From an uncultured Acidobacteriota bacterium (GTDB taxonomy: Bacteria > Acidobacteriota > Vicinamibacteria > Vicinamibacterales > 2-12-FULL-66-21): DNA of 64,000 nucleotides. Shown in pieces: positions 55,227 to 64,000 of this stretch. The stretch covers positions 105,167 through 169,166 of the forward strand of contig CAVQAH010000021.1 in assembly GCA_963710415.1 (NCBI GenBank). Direction: 5' to 3'. The translations under genes were made by a program, and so were the position numbers. How positions within the stretch are numbered: position 1 is the stretch's first letter; each line of letters begins with the position of its first letter. Below the pieces are notes generated by a model, which was given only the letters and a program-made list of their open reading frames with translations, did not search any database and was not told where the DNA came from.

Positions 55227-56423
55227 ATGCGTCGTGCGCCCTTTTTGCCCTTCGCCGCCGCGCTGATCGCGCTGACCCTTGTTGATGGTCCGGCTAAAGC
55301 CGGACACTACGTCCCTGCTCAGGCGCAGAACGACCAGCGGATCGTCGCCATCGGCGACATTCACGGCGCTGGTGACCAGTTCGTCGCGCTGCTGCGCACC
55401 GCCGGACTCACCGACGAGCGCGATCAGTGGATCGGCGGACGCACGCACTTCATCCAGACAGGCGACTATCTCGACCGTGGCGAGAAGGTCCGCGAGATCA
55501 TGGACCTGATGATGCGGCTCGAGGGAGATGCGAAGAAGGCCGGCGGCCGAGCGGACATCCTCATGGGCAACCACGAGGTCATGAACCTGCTCAGCGAGTT
55601 CCGTGACGTCTCGCCACAGGCGTTTGCGGCATTCGCAGACGACAAGTCGGAGGACCGTCGGCGACGGGCCTACGACGAGTACGCATCCGTCATGAAAAAG
55701 CGGAAGGACGCGTCGGCATCGCAGGACGACTGGATGGCCGCGCATCCGTCTGGGTTCCTCGAATACGCGGAGGCGCTCGCGCCCCGCGGCCGGTACGGGC
55801 GCTGGCTGCGCTCGCGCAGCGTCGCGATCAAGGACGGCGGCAGCATCTTCATGCACGCCGGCATCGCGCCAGGATCGGCGACCAGCATTGACGACGTCAA
55901 TCGCGACGTGAGCCGCGAGATTGAGAAATGGGATCAGCTCCGCGAGACGTTCGTGAAGCTCGAGCTGATCCGGCCCTTCTTCACGTTTCAGGAAACGGCT
56001 GATGCCGTCAACGCCGAGGTCGGCCGGATTGCTCTCGCGCTGGAGGCCAAGGAATCTCCTGGCGATCACGTCACGCGAGAGTTCGTGGACCAGCTCCAGG
56101 CGGTCGGAGCGATCGCCAAGTCGTCGCTGCTCAACCCGGAGGGCCCGCTCTGGTATCGCGGTCTGGCGCGGCTGGCCGATTCCGACGAACCGCAGGTACT
56201 CGAACTACTGAAACAACTCGGCGCCGATCGATTCGTCACGGCCCACACGCCGCAACTGCCGGGCCGCATCGCTGCCCGCTTCAGCAATCACGCGTTCCTG
56301 ATCGATACGGGGATGCTGACGACCTTCTTCAAGGGCGGTCGACCGTCCGCCCTCGAGCTACAGGGCGGACGCATCACCGCGATCTATCCGGACGCGCGCG
56401 AGGTGCTGGTGGAGGCGAAATAG
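55227..56423 (+). CDS. Calcineurin-like metallophosphoesterase (Shewanella-like phosphatase type), exported
   Basis: Motifs GDIHG, GDYLDRG, GNHE, HAG, GPLWYR, AHTP and IDTG. Confidence 0.88.
   Translation: MRRAPFLPFAAALIALTLVDGPAKAGHYVPAQAQNDQRIVAIGDIHGAGDQFVALLRTAGLTDERDQWIGGRTHFIQTGDYLDRGEKVREIMDLMMRLEGDAKKAGGRADILMGNHEVMNLLSEFRDVSPQAFAAFADDKSEDRRRRAYDEYASVMKKRKDASASQDDWMAAHPSGFLEYAEALAPRGRYGRWLRSRSVAIKDGGSIFMHAGIAPGSATSIDDVNRDVSREIEKWDQLRETFVKLELIRPFFTFQETADAVNAEVGRIALALEAKESPGDHVTREFVDQLQAVGAIAKSSLLNPEGPLWYRGLARLADSDEPQVLELLKQLGADRFVTAHTPQLPGRIAARFSNHAFLIDTGMLTTFFKGGRPSALELQGGRITAIYPDAREVLVEAK
55287..55310. repeat. GTAG-type REP inside a coding sequence
   Basis: Exact GGTCCGGCTAAAGCCGGACACTAC (identical to 10207-10230), read in frame as GPAKAGHY. 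Confidence 0.9.
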
Positions 56424-56437
56424 CTGAGCACGCTGCC

Positions 56438-56516
56438 GTGGTTCGTGGCTCGTAGCTCGTGTCTCGTCGAACGTTTCTGATCTACGGCGAGATACGGACT
56501 ACGAACCACGAACTAC
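56438..56516. repeat. 32-bp imperfect inverted repeat of heptamer units between convergent genes
   Basis: GTGGTTCGTGGCTCGTAGCTCGTGTCTCGTCG at 56438-56469 versus CGGCGAGATACGGACTACGAACCACGAACTAC at 56485-56516. Confidence 0.8.
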
Positions 56517-56524
56517 GGCTGCAT

Positions 56525-58675
56525 TCACTTCTTGACCGTCATCCCCACGTGCGCCGCGGTGAACGCCCACTGATCGGCGAGTTCCGCGATGCGCTTGTCG
56601 GTTGGCCGGTAGCCGTGCGAGCCACTGGTTTCGACCCTGATCAGAATGGGCTTGTCGCAGCCCTGAGCGACCTGCAGCGCGGCGGCAAATTTGAACGAGT
56701 GGCTCGGCACGACACGGTCGTCATGATCGGCCGTGGTAATGAGCGTGGCGGGGTAGCACGTGCCGGCCTTCAGATTGTGCAACGGGGAGTACTTAATCAG
56801 GAAAGCAAACTGCTTCGGATCCGACGACGAACCGTATTCGGTGACCCAGGCCTTGCCGCCGGTGAAGCGATCGTATCGAAGCATGTCCATCACGCCGACA
56901 GCGGGCAGCGCCACGGCGAAGAGGTCCGGGCGCTGTTCCATCACGGCGCCCACGAGCAACCCTCCGTTTGATCCGCCGAGCATTGCGAGCTTCGCTGGCG
57001 ACGTGATCTTCTCCTTGACGAGATGCTCGGCCACCGCGATGAAGTCGTCGAACACGTTCTGCTTCTTCTCCAGCATCCCGGCCTTGTGCCACGCCTCGCC
57101 GTACTCCGCGCCGCCGCGCATGCTGGCCGATACGAAGATGCCTCCCTGCTCCAGCCATGCTGGCACATCGGCACGGTAGGTCGGCACGGTGCTCACCGAG
57201 AACCCGCCGTACCCGTAGAGCATGGTGGGATTGCTGCCGTCGCGCGGCAGTCCCTTGCGGGAGGTGAGGAAGAACGGCACCTTCGTGCCGTCCTTCGAGG
57301 TCGCAAAGTATTGTTTCGTTTCGAACTGGCTGACGTCGATGGGCGACTTGGCCGCTTCGAACGGCGTCGATTTCCCTGCTGTCGGATCGTACGCAAACAC
57401 CGTCGCGGGATAGAGCGGCGATGTGAAGATGTACCAGATCGTGGGTGAATCCTCACGACCGGCGAGACCGGTCAGGACACCGGTCGATGGCAGCGTGATA
57501 TCGCCGAGACTCGCCCCTTTCAGATCGAACATCGATACCCGACTCTGCACGTCCACGAGATACTCGGCCACGACACGGCCGCCAATCAACGCGACGCTCT
57601 CGATCGTCTCTTTCCGTTCGGGAACGATCGTCTTCCACCCCGACGGCTCGGGTTTCAGGGCATCGACAGCGATGACCTTCCTGTTCGGCGCCTGTTGATC
57701 GGTCCGGAGATACAGGACGGATCCGACGTTGCCGATGGGCGAGAACTCGGCGCCGTCGGTTTCGATGACTGGCTTCACGGGCGCGGCGACGTTTGGTTGT
57801 TTCGCATCTCCGAGATCGACCATGTAGAGGCGATTACTGTTGCTCGAGCCTTCGCTCAGCGAAATGAGCAGGTAGCGGCCGTCCTCGGTCACGCCGCCGG
57901 AAACGAACCACGTCGGCAGGTCCTTGCGTTCGTAGATCAGGCGATCGTCCGACTGCGGAGTCCCGAGGCGGTGGTAATAGAGGGCCTGCCCCGAGAGCGC
58001 GGCCTGCAGCACCTGCCCTTTCGGCGGCTCGGGATACCTCGAATAGAAGAAGCCTTTTCCGTCTTTCGTCCACGACAAGCCCGAAAAGCGCATCCATAGC
58101 ACGGCGTCCGGCAGATCCTTCCCCGCCGCCACGTCCCTGACGTGAACGGTCTGCCAGTCGGCTCCGCCTTCCGCCGTGGTGTAGGCGAGATAGCGCGCAT
58201 CCGGCGACGGCGCAAAAGTCGACAGCGACGTCGCACCGTCCGGCCAGAGCACGTTGGGATCGATCAAGAGTTGTGGCTTCGCGTCGAGACCCGCGCGCAT
58301 GAAGATTGGCGACTGTTTCTGGAGCCCGCTGTTCTGGCGGTAGAAGAGCTTTCCGGCTTCAATGGTCGGAATCGTCGTCTTCGGATAGTCCCAGAGGACA
58401 CTGATCCGCTCCTTGAAGATGGCCCGCGCCGGCAAACTCGCAAGATAGCGATCGGTCACCGCATTCTGCGCGGCGACCCAGGCGCTGACGTCCTCCGAAT
58501 CGAGGTCTTCCATCCATCGATACGGATCCGCCACCTTCGTGCCGTGATAGTCGTCGACAACATCGCCCTTCTTGGCGGTCGGGTATTGCAGCGACTGCCG
58601 CTGTGCCTGGACGACAATCGCGGCGCTCATCGCCGCGCAAAAGCCGAGACTCCAGATCCCGCGCGAATTCTTCAT
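56525..58675 (-). CDS. Prolyl oligopeptidase (S9A), exported
   Basis: Motifs VADPYRWME, YGYGGF, RGGAEYG, GGSNGG (Ser), DHDDRV (Asp) and SGSHG (His). Confidence 0.95.
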   Translation of the reverse strand: MKNSRGIWSLGFCAAMSAAIVVQAQRQSLQYPTAKKGDVVDDYHGTKVADPYRWMEDLDSEDVSAWVAAQNAVTDRYLASLPARAIFKERISVLWDYPKTTIPTIEAGKLFYRQNSGLQKQSPIFMRAGLDAKPQLLIDPNVLWPDGATSLSTFAPSPDARYLAYTTAEGGADWQTVHVRDVAAGKDLPDAVLWMRFSGLSWTKDGKGFFYSRYPEPPKGQVLQAALSGQALYYHRLGTPQSDDRLIYERKDLPTWFVSGGVTEDGRYLLISLSEGSSNSNRLYMVDLGDAKQPNVAAPVKPVIETDGAEFSPIGNVGSVLYLRTDQQAPNRKVIAVDALKPEPSGWKTIVPERKETIESVALIGGRVVAEYLVDVQSRVSMFDLKGASLGDITLPSTGVLTGLAGREDSPTIWYIFTSPLYPATVFAYDPTAGKSTPFEAAKSPIDVSQFETKQYFATSKDGTKVPFFLTSRKGLPRDGSNPTMLYGYGGFSVSTVPTYRADVPAWLEQGGIFVSASMRGGAEYGEAWHKAGMLEKKQNVFDDFIAVAEHLVKEKITSPAKLAMLGGSNGGLLVGAVMEQRPDLFAVALPAVGVMDMLRYDRFTGGKAWVTEYGSSSDPKQFAFLIKYSPLHNLKAGTCYPATLITTADHDDRVVPSHSFKFAAALQVAQGCDKPILIRVETSGSHGYRPTDKRIAELADQWAFTAAHVGMTVKK

Positions 58676-59332
58676 TGTGATTTCTCCCGCCGCTCGAACT
58701 TCCGTTCGAGATCGGCGCTGAATTCCTGCTCTTCCTGCAGATGTGCCGCGAGGTCGGCGGCGGCCGGAGCGGCCGCCGCTCGCGTTTGCCAGAACGTGGC
58801 GAGCGCCGCGTCGATGGCCGGCACCTGAATGGATGCCGGGTCGAGCGCACGCTTGTGCCGGAGGTAGTCAACGATGGTGACGCATTCTTCGCGGCTGAAC
58901 ACCGACAGCCGGAATCGTGCATGATCCTCCCAGGTCATCGCGCCGTAGCGGCGCGGGTTGAGCAGCGACGCTGCCACCCGTTCGCCGCACGAACGTTCGC
59001 GCCACACCTGGGTAGTCAAACTCGCTCATCCGGAATCCGTGCGTCAGGTGAAACGTCGGATCCGCAGTATTCAGCTGGCCGTTGAGATCGGCGATGAGGT
59101 AGGCGGGGATGAAGAAACGGAATCCGGCCTCAGAAAAGAAACTCAGCGCCTCGTAGTGGGCGTCCAGAAAACCCGGCGCGAGTGTCCACCACTCCTGACA
59201 ACCAAAAAAGTTGCTGACGACGTCGTACGGCTCGCAGCCATCGCGGCTGCCGACCAGAAACGCGTCGCCAGGATACCGTCCGTCAGCAAACGCCGCGCGA
59301 ATGCGACCGGCGAGAGCGTCGGCGTCAGGCAT
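58672..59332 (-). CDS. Conserved hypothetical protein (DUF6714-like); frameshift near 58970
   Basis: RIRAAF...YPGD, ALSFFSEAGFRFFIPAYL and FSREECVTIVDYL; ATGA overlap with the peptidase. The family name is from memory, not from a search. Confidence 0.6.
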
Positions 59333-59365
59333 ATCGTCACAGCATGAGCACAGGCTGCCCCGCAG

Positions 59366-62245
59366 TCAAGCGACGGCCCCGGCCGTGTCGAGCCGAAGCC
59401 CTTCCGGGATGGAATCGCCGAACGCGCGGACGGAGTCCGCCTGACTCTTGGCGAGCACCTCGAGCAATGATGCTGTGCTCTCTCGTTCGAAACCGGCAGC
59501 GATCAATCGATCGCTGGCGCGCCGACGCAGTTCCTCGGGCACGTCGCGCGCAGCATCGCCCGTCATGGCGCCGATCTGCACGACCGCGCTGGCCACGTCT
59601 GCGGTAATCCCCTTTGCCGCCAGCAACAGCTCGATCCAGCGCGCGGCCGTCGCCGGCGGCACCGTCGAGCTGAGAGGGCCGTACAGAGGCATGCGAGCAC
59701 CAAGCCGCGAGACCGTCCACGCCCACGCGGCATTTCGCGGTTCCCGCGCCGCACGCTCGATCATCTCGTCGCCCAGCTTCACCCGCGTGGCGGGGTCGAG
59801 CCGCTCGAGGCTGCCGAGCAACCGCCAGCCTTCGCGCTCGATCTGTGGGTTCACCCGAGGCGGTTTGCGCATGCCGCGGCCGAGCTGCCCGCTGACGCGC
59901 TGCGCCAGTTCACGCTGCTGTCCCGGACTGAATCCAGCGGCGACGCGCTGCCACAGGACCAGCCACTCGACCTGACACTGAATCTCCTTCGGAAACGCCA
60001 GGCCCGCCGCATAGACCTTGCGCAGCTCCGAGACTCGCCAGTCGTCGAGCGCGCTCCCAAAGCCAGGACGCACGCAGAAACCAGTCAGATTGAGCCATCG
60101 AACCTCGAACGCCGGGCCGAGGCGACGACCCGCTTCGACGTCCAGCAGAGTGTCCGCGAGCTTCCGAATCACCGTCAACGGCCACGCATGGCGGCCATGA
60201 CCGACCGCATTCTCCAGCTCGCCGGTCAGCGCCTCAGGGGACGCGCGCCCGTTGGTGAAGCCGTCACGAATGAGTTGGGTGGCGGCGGCCAACCGTTCCT
60301 CGTCGATGACGACGTGATCGGACGACTCCGCAGCGTCGGCGGAAGACGGATCGTCGAGCGGATCGGCCTCTACGCCGCGCAGGTTGAACGACAGCCGCCA
60401 TCGATGATCGGTGGTGACGGACTCGCACCACAATTCGAGCGTCCCGGTTTCGGTGAACGCGGTGCGGAGCCTGACGCCGAGCGGCACTCTGCGCGAACGC
60501 TTGCCGAAACGAAATGCCGTGACGAGCGGAGCGTGGCGATGAACGTCATCGCCGGGAGCGCGCGACGGCAGGCGCGCGTCATCGATCGTCACGACCGCCC
60601 CCACTGCATCGCTGCGTTCGGTTGAACTGTAGAGCGTGAAGGCCAACGGCTGATTCGTGATGACCGAGAACTCGCGATCGATCTCGAAGCTCGTTCCCTC
60701 TTGAGTGCCTCTCGGCATCACGCTGATGGCCGCCAGTCCGGTGTCCGGGGGGCTCGAGGTCTGGACACCAACATAGTAGGCGCGGGCACTACCGGCCTTG
60801 ATCAGCAGGCGCCGCGCCGCCGCCGGATCGTGGCGCAGCCGACCGTAGAACGCCGCGCCGATGGCCACGGCCGCTTCGGGCCTCTCGTTCTCGAGCTCCA
60901 TCGGTCGTGTTCCGAACCACGACTCGAGCGCATCGAGGACGCGCGCCCTGGCGATCGCCGGTGTGAAGAATCCGCCGTTGAACAGGACAGCATCCGCCTT
61001 CGCGCGAGGCGCTTCGGCGGACCAGTCCATGGCCCGCGCGAGAAACAGCGCGAGATGCCTGGTGATTGCCGGTTCACTCTCGTACGGCAGACCCAGCTCG
61101 CGCAGGCCGGACCGGCGATCCCGCGCCGGCCAATCGTTCGCAGCGGTCAGCGGCAGGAATCCTTCGGTCAGGCTCCGCTCGACTTCCTCGCGAGTCAGCG
61201 TCGTGGACATCCCACCGGCGATCACGCCCCGGCCCGCTCCAAGAATCGTGATGGTCTCTTCTGGAGGCGCACCGGCAGACAGCAGACGCTCCTTGATCGC
61301 GCTGCTCTTCCGCAACAGGATCTGACGCTGGGTCAGGGTCAGCCTGACCGATCCACCGCCCGTGAGCTTCTGTTCGACGAGCGTTGCCAGCGCAAGATCG
61401 AGATTGTCACCACCAAGCAGCAGGTGCTCGCCGATGGCGACCCGCTCGAATCGCAGATCGCCGTCTTCTTCGAACGTCCGAATCAAGCTGAAGTCGGCCG
61501 TGCCACCGCCGACGTCACAAACGAGAATCAGCGCGCCGACACCGAGACTGCTCTGCGCCCGCCGCCGGTTGCGTGCGATCCAGGCATACAGCGCGGCCAG
61601 CGGCTCCTCGAGCAGGCGCAGGTTGGTCAAACCTGCCGCGCGGGCCGCGTCGACGGTCAGCTCGCGCGCCTCTTCATCGAACGATGCCGGCACGGTGAGG
61701 ACGATCGGTTGTGACGCCAGCCGCAGCCGTTCGTCATTTCGCGCGAACTCGTAATCCCACGCGTCGCGTATGTGCGCGAGCAACCGAGCTGATGCGTCGA
61801 CAGGCGACAACTGCGGACCCGCTTCCGCGCCCCATGGCAGCAACGGCATGGTCCGATCGACCGCAGGATTCGCAAGCCACGATTTCGCGGAGGCCACCAG
61901 ACGGCCGGGTGCAAGCGACCCGTGGTCTCGAGCAAACACGCCGGCAATTGCCGTGACCTCCGGCTTCGATCCTGCCGGCAACGTCGATACCCAGGGCTGC
62001 GCAACCACCCCGGACGCAATCTCCTGGTCCACTGGCAGATACAGAAACGACGGCAGCGCCGGCGGCCGGCCGATTTCACCAGCGGCTACGAGCTGCGGCA
62101 GGTCGAAAATGCGGATGGTCTGACGGCCGCTGGGAGCCGTCCACGCGAGCGCCGAGTTGGTCGTCCCCAGGTCGATGCCGACGATCTTCGCTGGCGTCCC
62201 TTCGACTCCGCTCAGGGCAGGCCGGTCAGTCGGCGTCTCGCTCAC
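59366..62245 (-). CDS. Atypical Hsp70-family protein with long C-terminal extension (DUF3731-like)
   Basis: Motifs GIDLGTTNS, LPSFLYL, LTVPASFD, LEEPLAA, DVGGGTADF, LLLGGDNLD and VLFNGG; C-terminal RWLNLTGFCVRPGFG...DDWRV and R..LYGP. Confidence 0.9.
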   Translation of the reverse strand: MSETPTDRPALSGVEGTPAKIVGIDLGTTNSALAWTAPSGRQTIRIFDLPQLVAAGEIGRPPALPSFLYLPVDQEIASGVVAQPWVSTLPAGSKPEVTAIAGVFARDHGSLAPGRLVASAKSWLANPAVDRTMPLLPWGAEAGPQLSPVDASARLLAHIRDAWDYEFARNDERLRLASQPIVLTVPASFDEEARELTVDAARAAGLTNLRLLEEPLAALYAWIARNRRRAQSSLGVGALILVCDVGGGTADFSLIRTFEEDGDLRFERVAIGEHLLLGGDNLDLALATLVEQKLTGGGSVRLTLTQRQILLRKSSAIKERLLSAGAPPEETITILGAGRGVIAGGMSTTLTREEVERSLTEGFLPLTAANDWPARDRRSGLRELGLPYESEPAITRHLALFLARAMDWSAEAPRAKADAVLFNGGFFTPAIARARVLDALESWFGTRPMELENERPEAAVAIGAAFYGRLRHDPAAARRLLIKAGSARAYYVGVQTSSPPDTGLAAISVMPRGTQEGTSFEIDREFSVITNQPLAFTLYSSTERSDAVGAVVTIDDARLPSRAPGDDVHRHAPLVTAFRFGKRSRRVPLGVRLRTAFTETGTLELWCESVTTDHRWRLSFNLRGVEADPLDDPSSADAAESSDHVVIDEERLAAATQLIRDGFTNGRASPEALTGELENAVGHGRHAWPLTVIRKLADTLLDVEAGRRLGPAFEVRWLNLTGFCVRPGFGSALDDWRVSELRKVYAAGLAFPKEIQCQVEWLVLWQRVAAGFSPGQQRELAQRVSGQLGRGMRKPPRVNPQIEREGWRLLGSLERLDPATRVKLGDEMIERAAREPRNAAWAWTVSRLGARMPLYGPLSSTVPPATAARWIELLLAAKGITADVASAVVQIGAMTGDAARDVPEELRRRASDRLIAAGFERESTASLLEVLAKSQADSVRAFGDSIPEGLRLDTAGAVA
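60993..61025. repeat. REP-like palindrome inside the Hsp70 gene
   Basis: TCCGCCTTCGCGCGAGGCGCTTCGGCGGACCAG with TCCGCC/GGCGGA arms; read as WSAEAPRAKAD; related to 14044-14076. Confidence 0.6.
62198..62223. repeat. CCCTTCGACTCCGCTCAGGG-type REP-like element inside the Hsp70 5' end
   Basis: CCCTTCGACTCCGCTCAGGGCAGGCC, read as RPALSGVEG before GIDLGTT. Single copy in this window; the family is recognised from memory. Confidence 0.55.
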
Positions 62246-64000
62246 GGATATTCAGCTCGAGTTTCCAGCGCTGATCGCGCTCGCGGCCAACGCACCACAA
62301 CTCAAGAGTGCCGATCTCGGTCACGTGGCTCTCGAGCGTCACCGGGATCGTGTCAACGTCCCGGCCACCGCCCGGGAGCAGAGAATGGCAGCGTGACCTC
62401 GAGAGGACTGAGCTCCTCGAGGTCGTCGCCCCAGTCTTCAATCAGTGTCCCGACGGGATCGACCTTCCGTACGTTCGAACTCAGGAATCTGAACTCTGCC
62501 GGCTCGCCGACGATCAACCCGAACTCGAGGTCTCGGAGCGAGGCCCGGGTGCCCTCCTCCATCCCAAACGGCACCACGCACAGTGCCTTCAAGGGCGCGG
62601 GAAGTCCCGGCACCGCCGGCATGGCGCTCTCGATGCCGACGTAATAGCTTCGCGGAGCGCCACTGCGAATCCTCACGCCCTTGCCTCGCCGCGCCATCCC
62701 GTAATAGGCCGCGCCACGCGCAACCGCATGGTCCAGGTCAGGCGCTTCCAGCACGTGGTTCTTATCGAGCGCCTCGAAGCCCTCCTGCCTGCAGCCACGC
62801 GCTCAGGACCTCGACGACGCGGCTGCGGAGGAGTTCGGCCTTCATGACACCGCCGTTGAAGAGCACGTGTGTAGGACACGCCAGCCCACTGGGCCCGCGG
62901 CGAATGGTGGCGGTGCTTTCAGTCGCAACGTCCGACTGACGCCTCAGGAAGCGTGCGAGGTGTCTGGTGACGCCGGCATCGGCAGCATAGGGCAAACCCA
63001 ATTCCTGCAATCCAACGCGCCGTTGCCGCGCCGGCATCTCGTCGCTGCCGACCCGTGGAAAGAAACCCTCGAGCAGTACCTGATTGACGTCATCGATCGT
63101 CAGCGTCGTCGTGATCGTTCCGCCGATGAGTTTTGAGCCCTTGCCGAGCAGCGTGACAGGCCGTTCGCGTGTCGACGGATCGTTCAGCAGCGCTTCCTTC
63201 GCCATGCGCGACTGGTGCCACAGCCCCTGAAGCTGGAAGCTGTCCACGCGGTGCCCTTGCGCTTCCAGCCGCTGTTGCAACAGGCGGGCGAGCGCCAGAT
63301 CCATGTTGTCGCCACCGAGGAGAATATGCTCGCCAACGGCGACGCGCTCGAGCACGAGGTCGCCTTCCTGTTCGGCCACCGCTATCAGGCTGAAGTCGGT
63401 CGTGCCGCCGCCGACGTCGCAGACAAGAATCAGGTCGCCGACCCCGATCCGGCGGCGCCACTTGTCACCCATCGCGTCCAGCCAGGCATAGAACGCCGCC
63501 TGCGGTTCCTCGAGCAGCGTCACGCGCTCGAGCCCGGCGGCTTGAGCGGCGCGCAACGTCAGCTCACGGGCCGCCTCGTCGAACGACGCCGGCACCGTCA
63601 GCAACACTTCCTGGGAGGCGAGCGCCAGTTCCTTCGAGCCGCGGGCGACGTCATGATCGAACGCCGACGCCAGATGCCGGAGGTAGGCCGCCGACGCGTC
63701 GACAGCTGACAGGTGAGGGACCTCGGCTGGCGCACCGAAGGGGAGGATCGGCGCCGTCCTGTTGGCGCCGCCATAGGACAACCACGATTTCGCGCTCGCG
63801 ACGACCCTCGCCGGGTTCTCAGCGCCTCGCTTTCGAGCGAGCTCGCCGATCACGTTCTGGGGCTTCTTGTCCCACGGCAACGCAAGACTGCCCTTGGGGA
63901 AATCGAGCTCGCCCGGCAAGTAGAGAAACGACGGCAACAGCGTCTGCCGGCCGGGTTCGCCGGGGTTGACGAGCTGCGTCACGTCCTGAACCTGAACCTG
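62226..64000 (-). CDS. Second atypical Hsp70-family protein (5' end outside the window); frameshifts near 62770 and 62370
   Basis: Motifs LPSFLYL, SAKSWL, LTVPASFD, LEEPQAA, DVGGGTTDF, ILLGGDNMD, VLFNGG, AVARGAAYYG, RSYYVG and GTLELW; ends NIRERDAD*. Confidence 0.9.

Overview
High-GC bacterial chromosomal window, most likely Acidobacteriota of the Vicinamibacteria (subdivision 6) type. This is inferred from the ADOP-type permease, the acidobacterial VWA protein and the repeat families. About half of the genes carry single-base frameshifts scattered like long-read consensus errors, so they are reported as intact CDSs with joined coordinates. No tRNA, rRNA, CRISPR array, transposase or prophage was recognised. 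The main content is a sulfur-amino-acid divergon at 4.0-14.1 kb. Its minus arm encodes siroheme synthesis (CysG N-terminal half, CobA), a sulfite/nitrite reductase, CysM, a JAMM/Mec peptidase, and a ubiquitin-like sulfur carrier fused through an internal Gly-Gly to an E1-rhodanese (MoeZ). In front of this arm is an element missing from the ORF track: a TTGACA-N18-TAGTCT promoter, an apparently leaderless 26-codon ORF containing C-V-C-C-C, and an intrinsic terminator. Together these form a candidate cysteine-sensing attenuator. The plus arm encodes thrB and two different threonine-synthase-fold enzymes, one of which may make homocysteine on the sulfur carrier. Other notable loci are a dsrE2-tusA-persulfide dioxygenase-rhodanese operon, an ECF sigma / zinc anti-sigma / exported TPR-CHAT protease triad, an orphan peptide-binding protein coupled to a hybrid kinase, and a tandem pair of atypical Hsp70s. 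Several REP- or MITE-like repeat families are present, some lying in frame inside genes.
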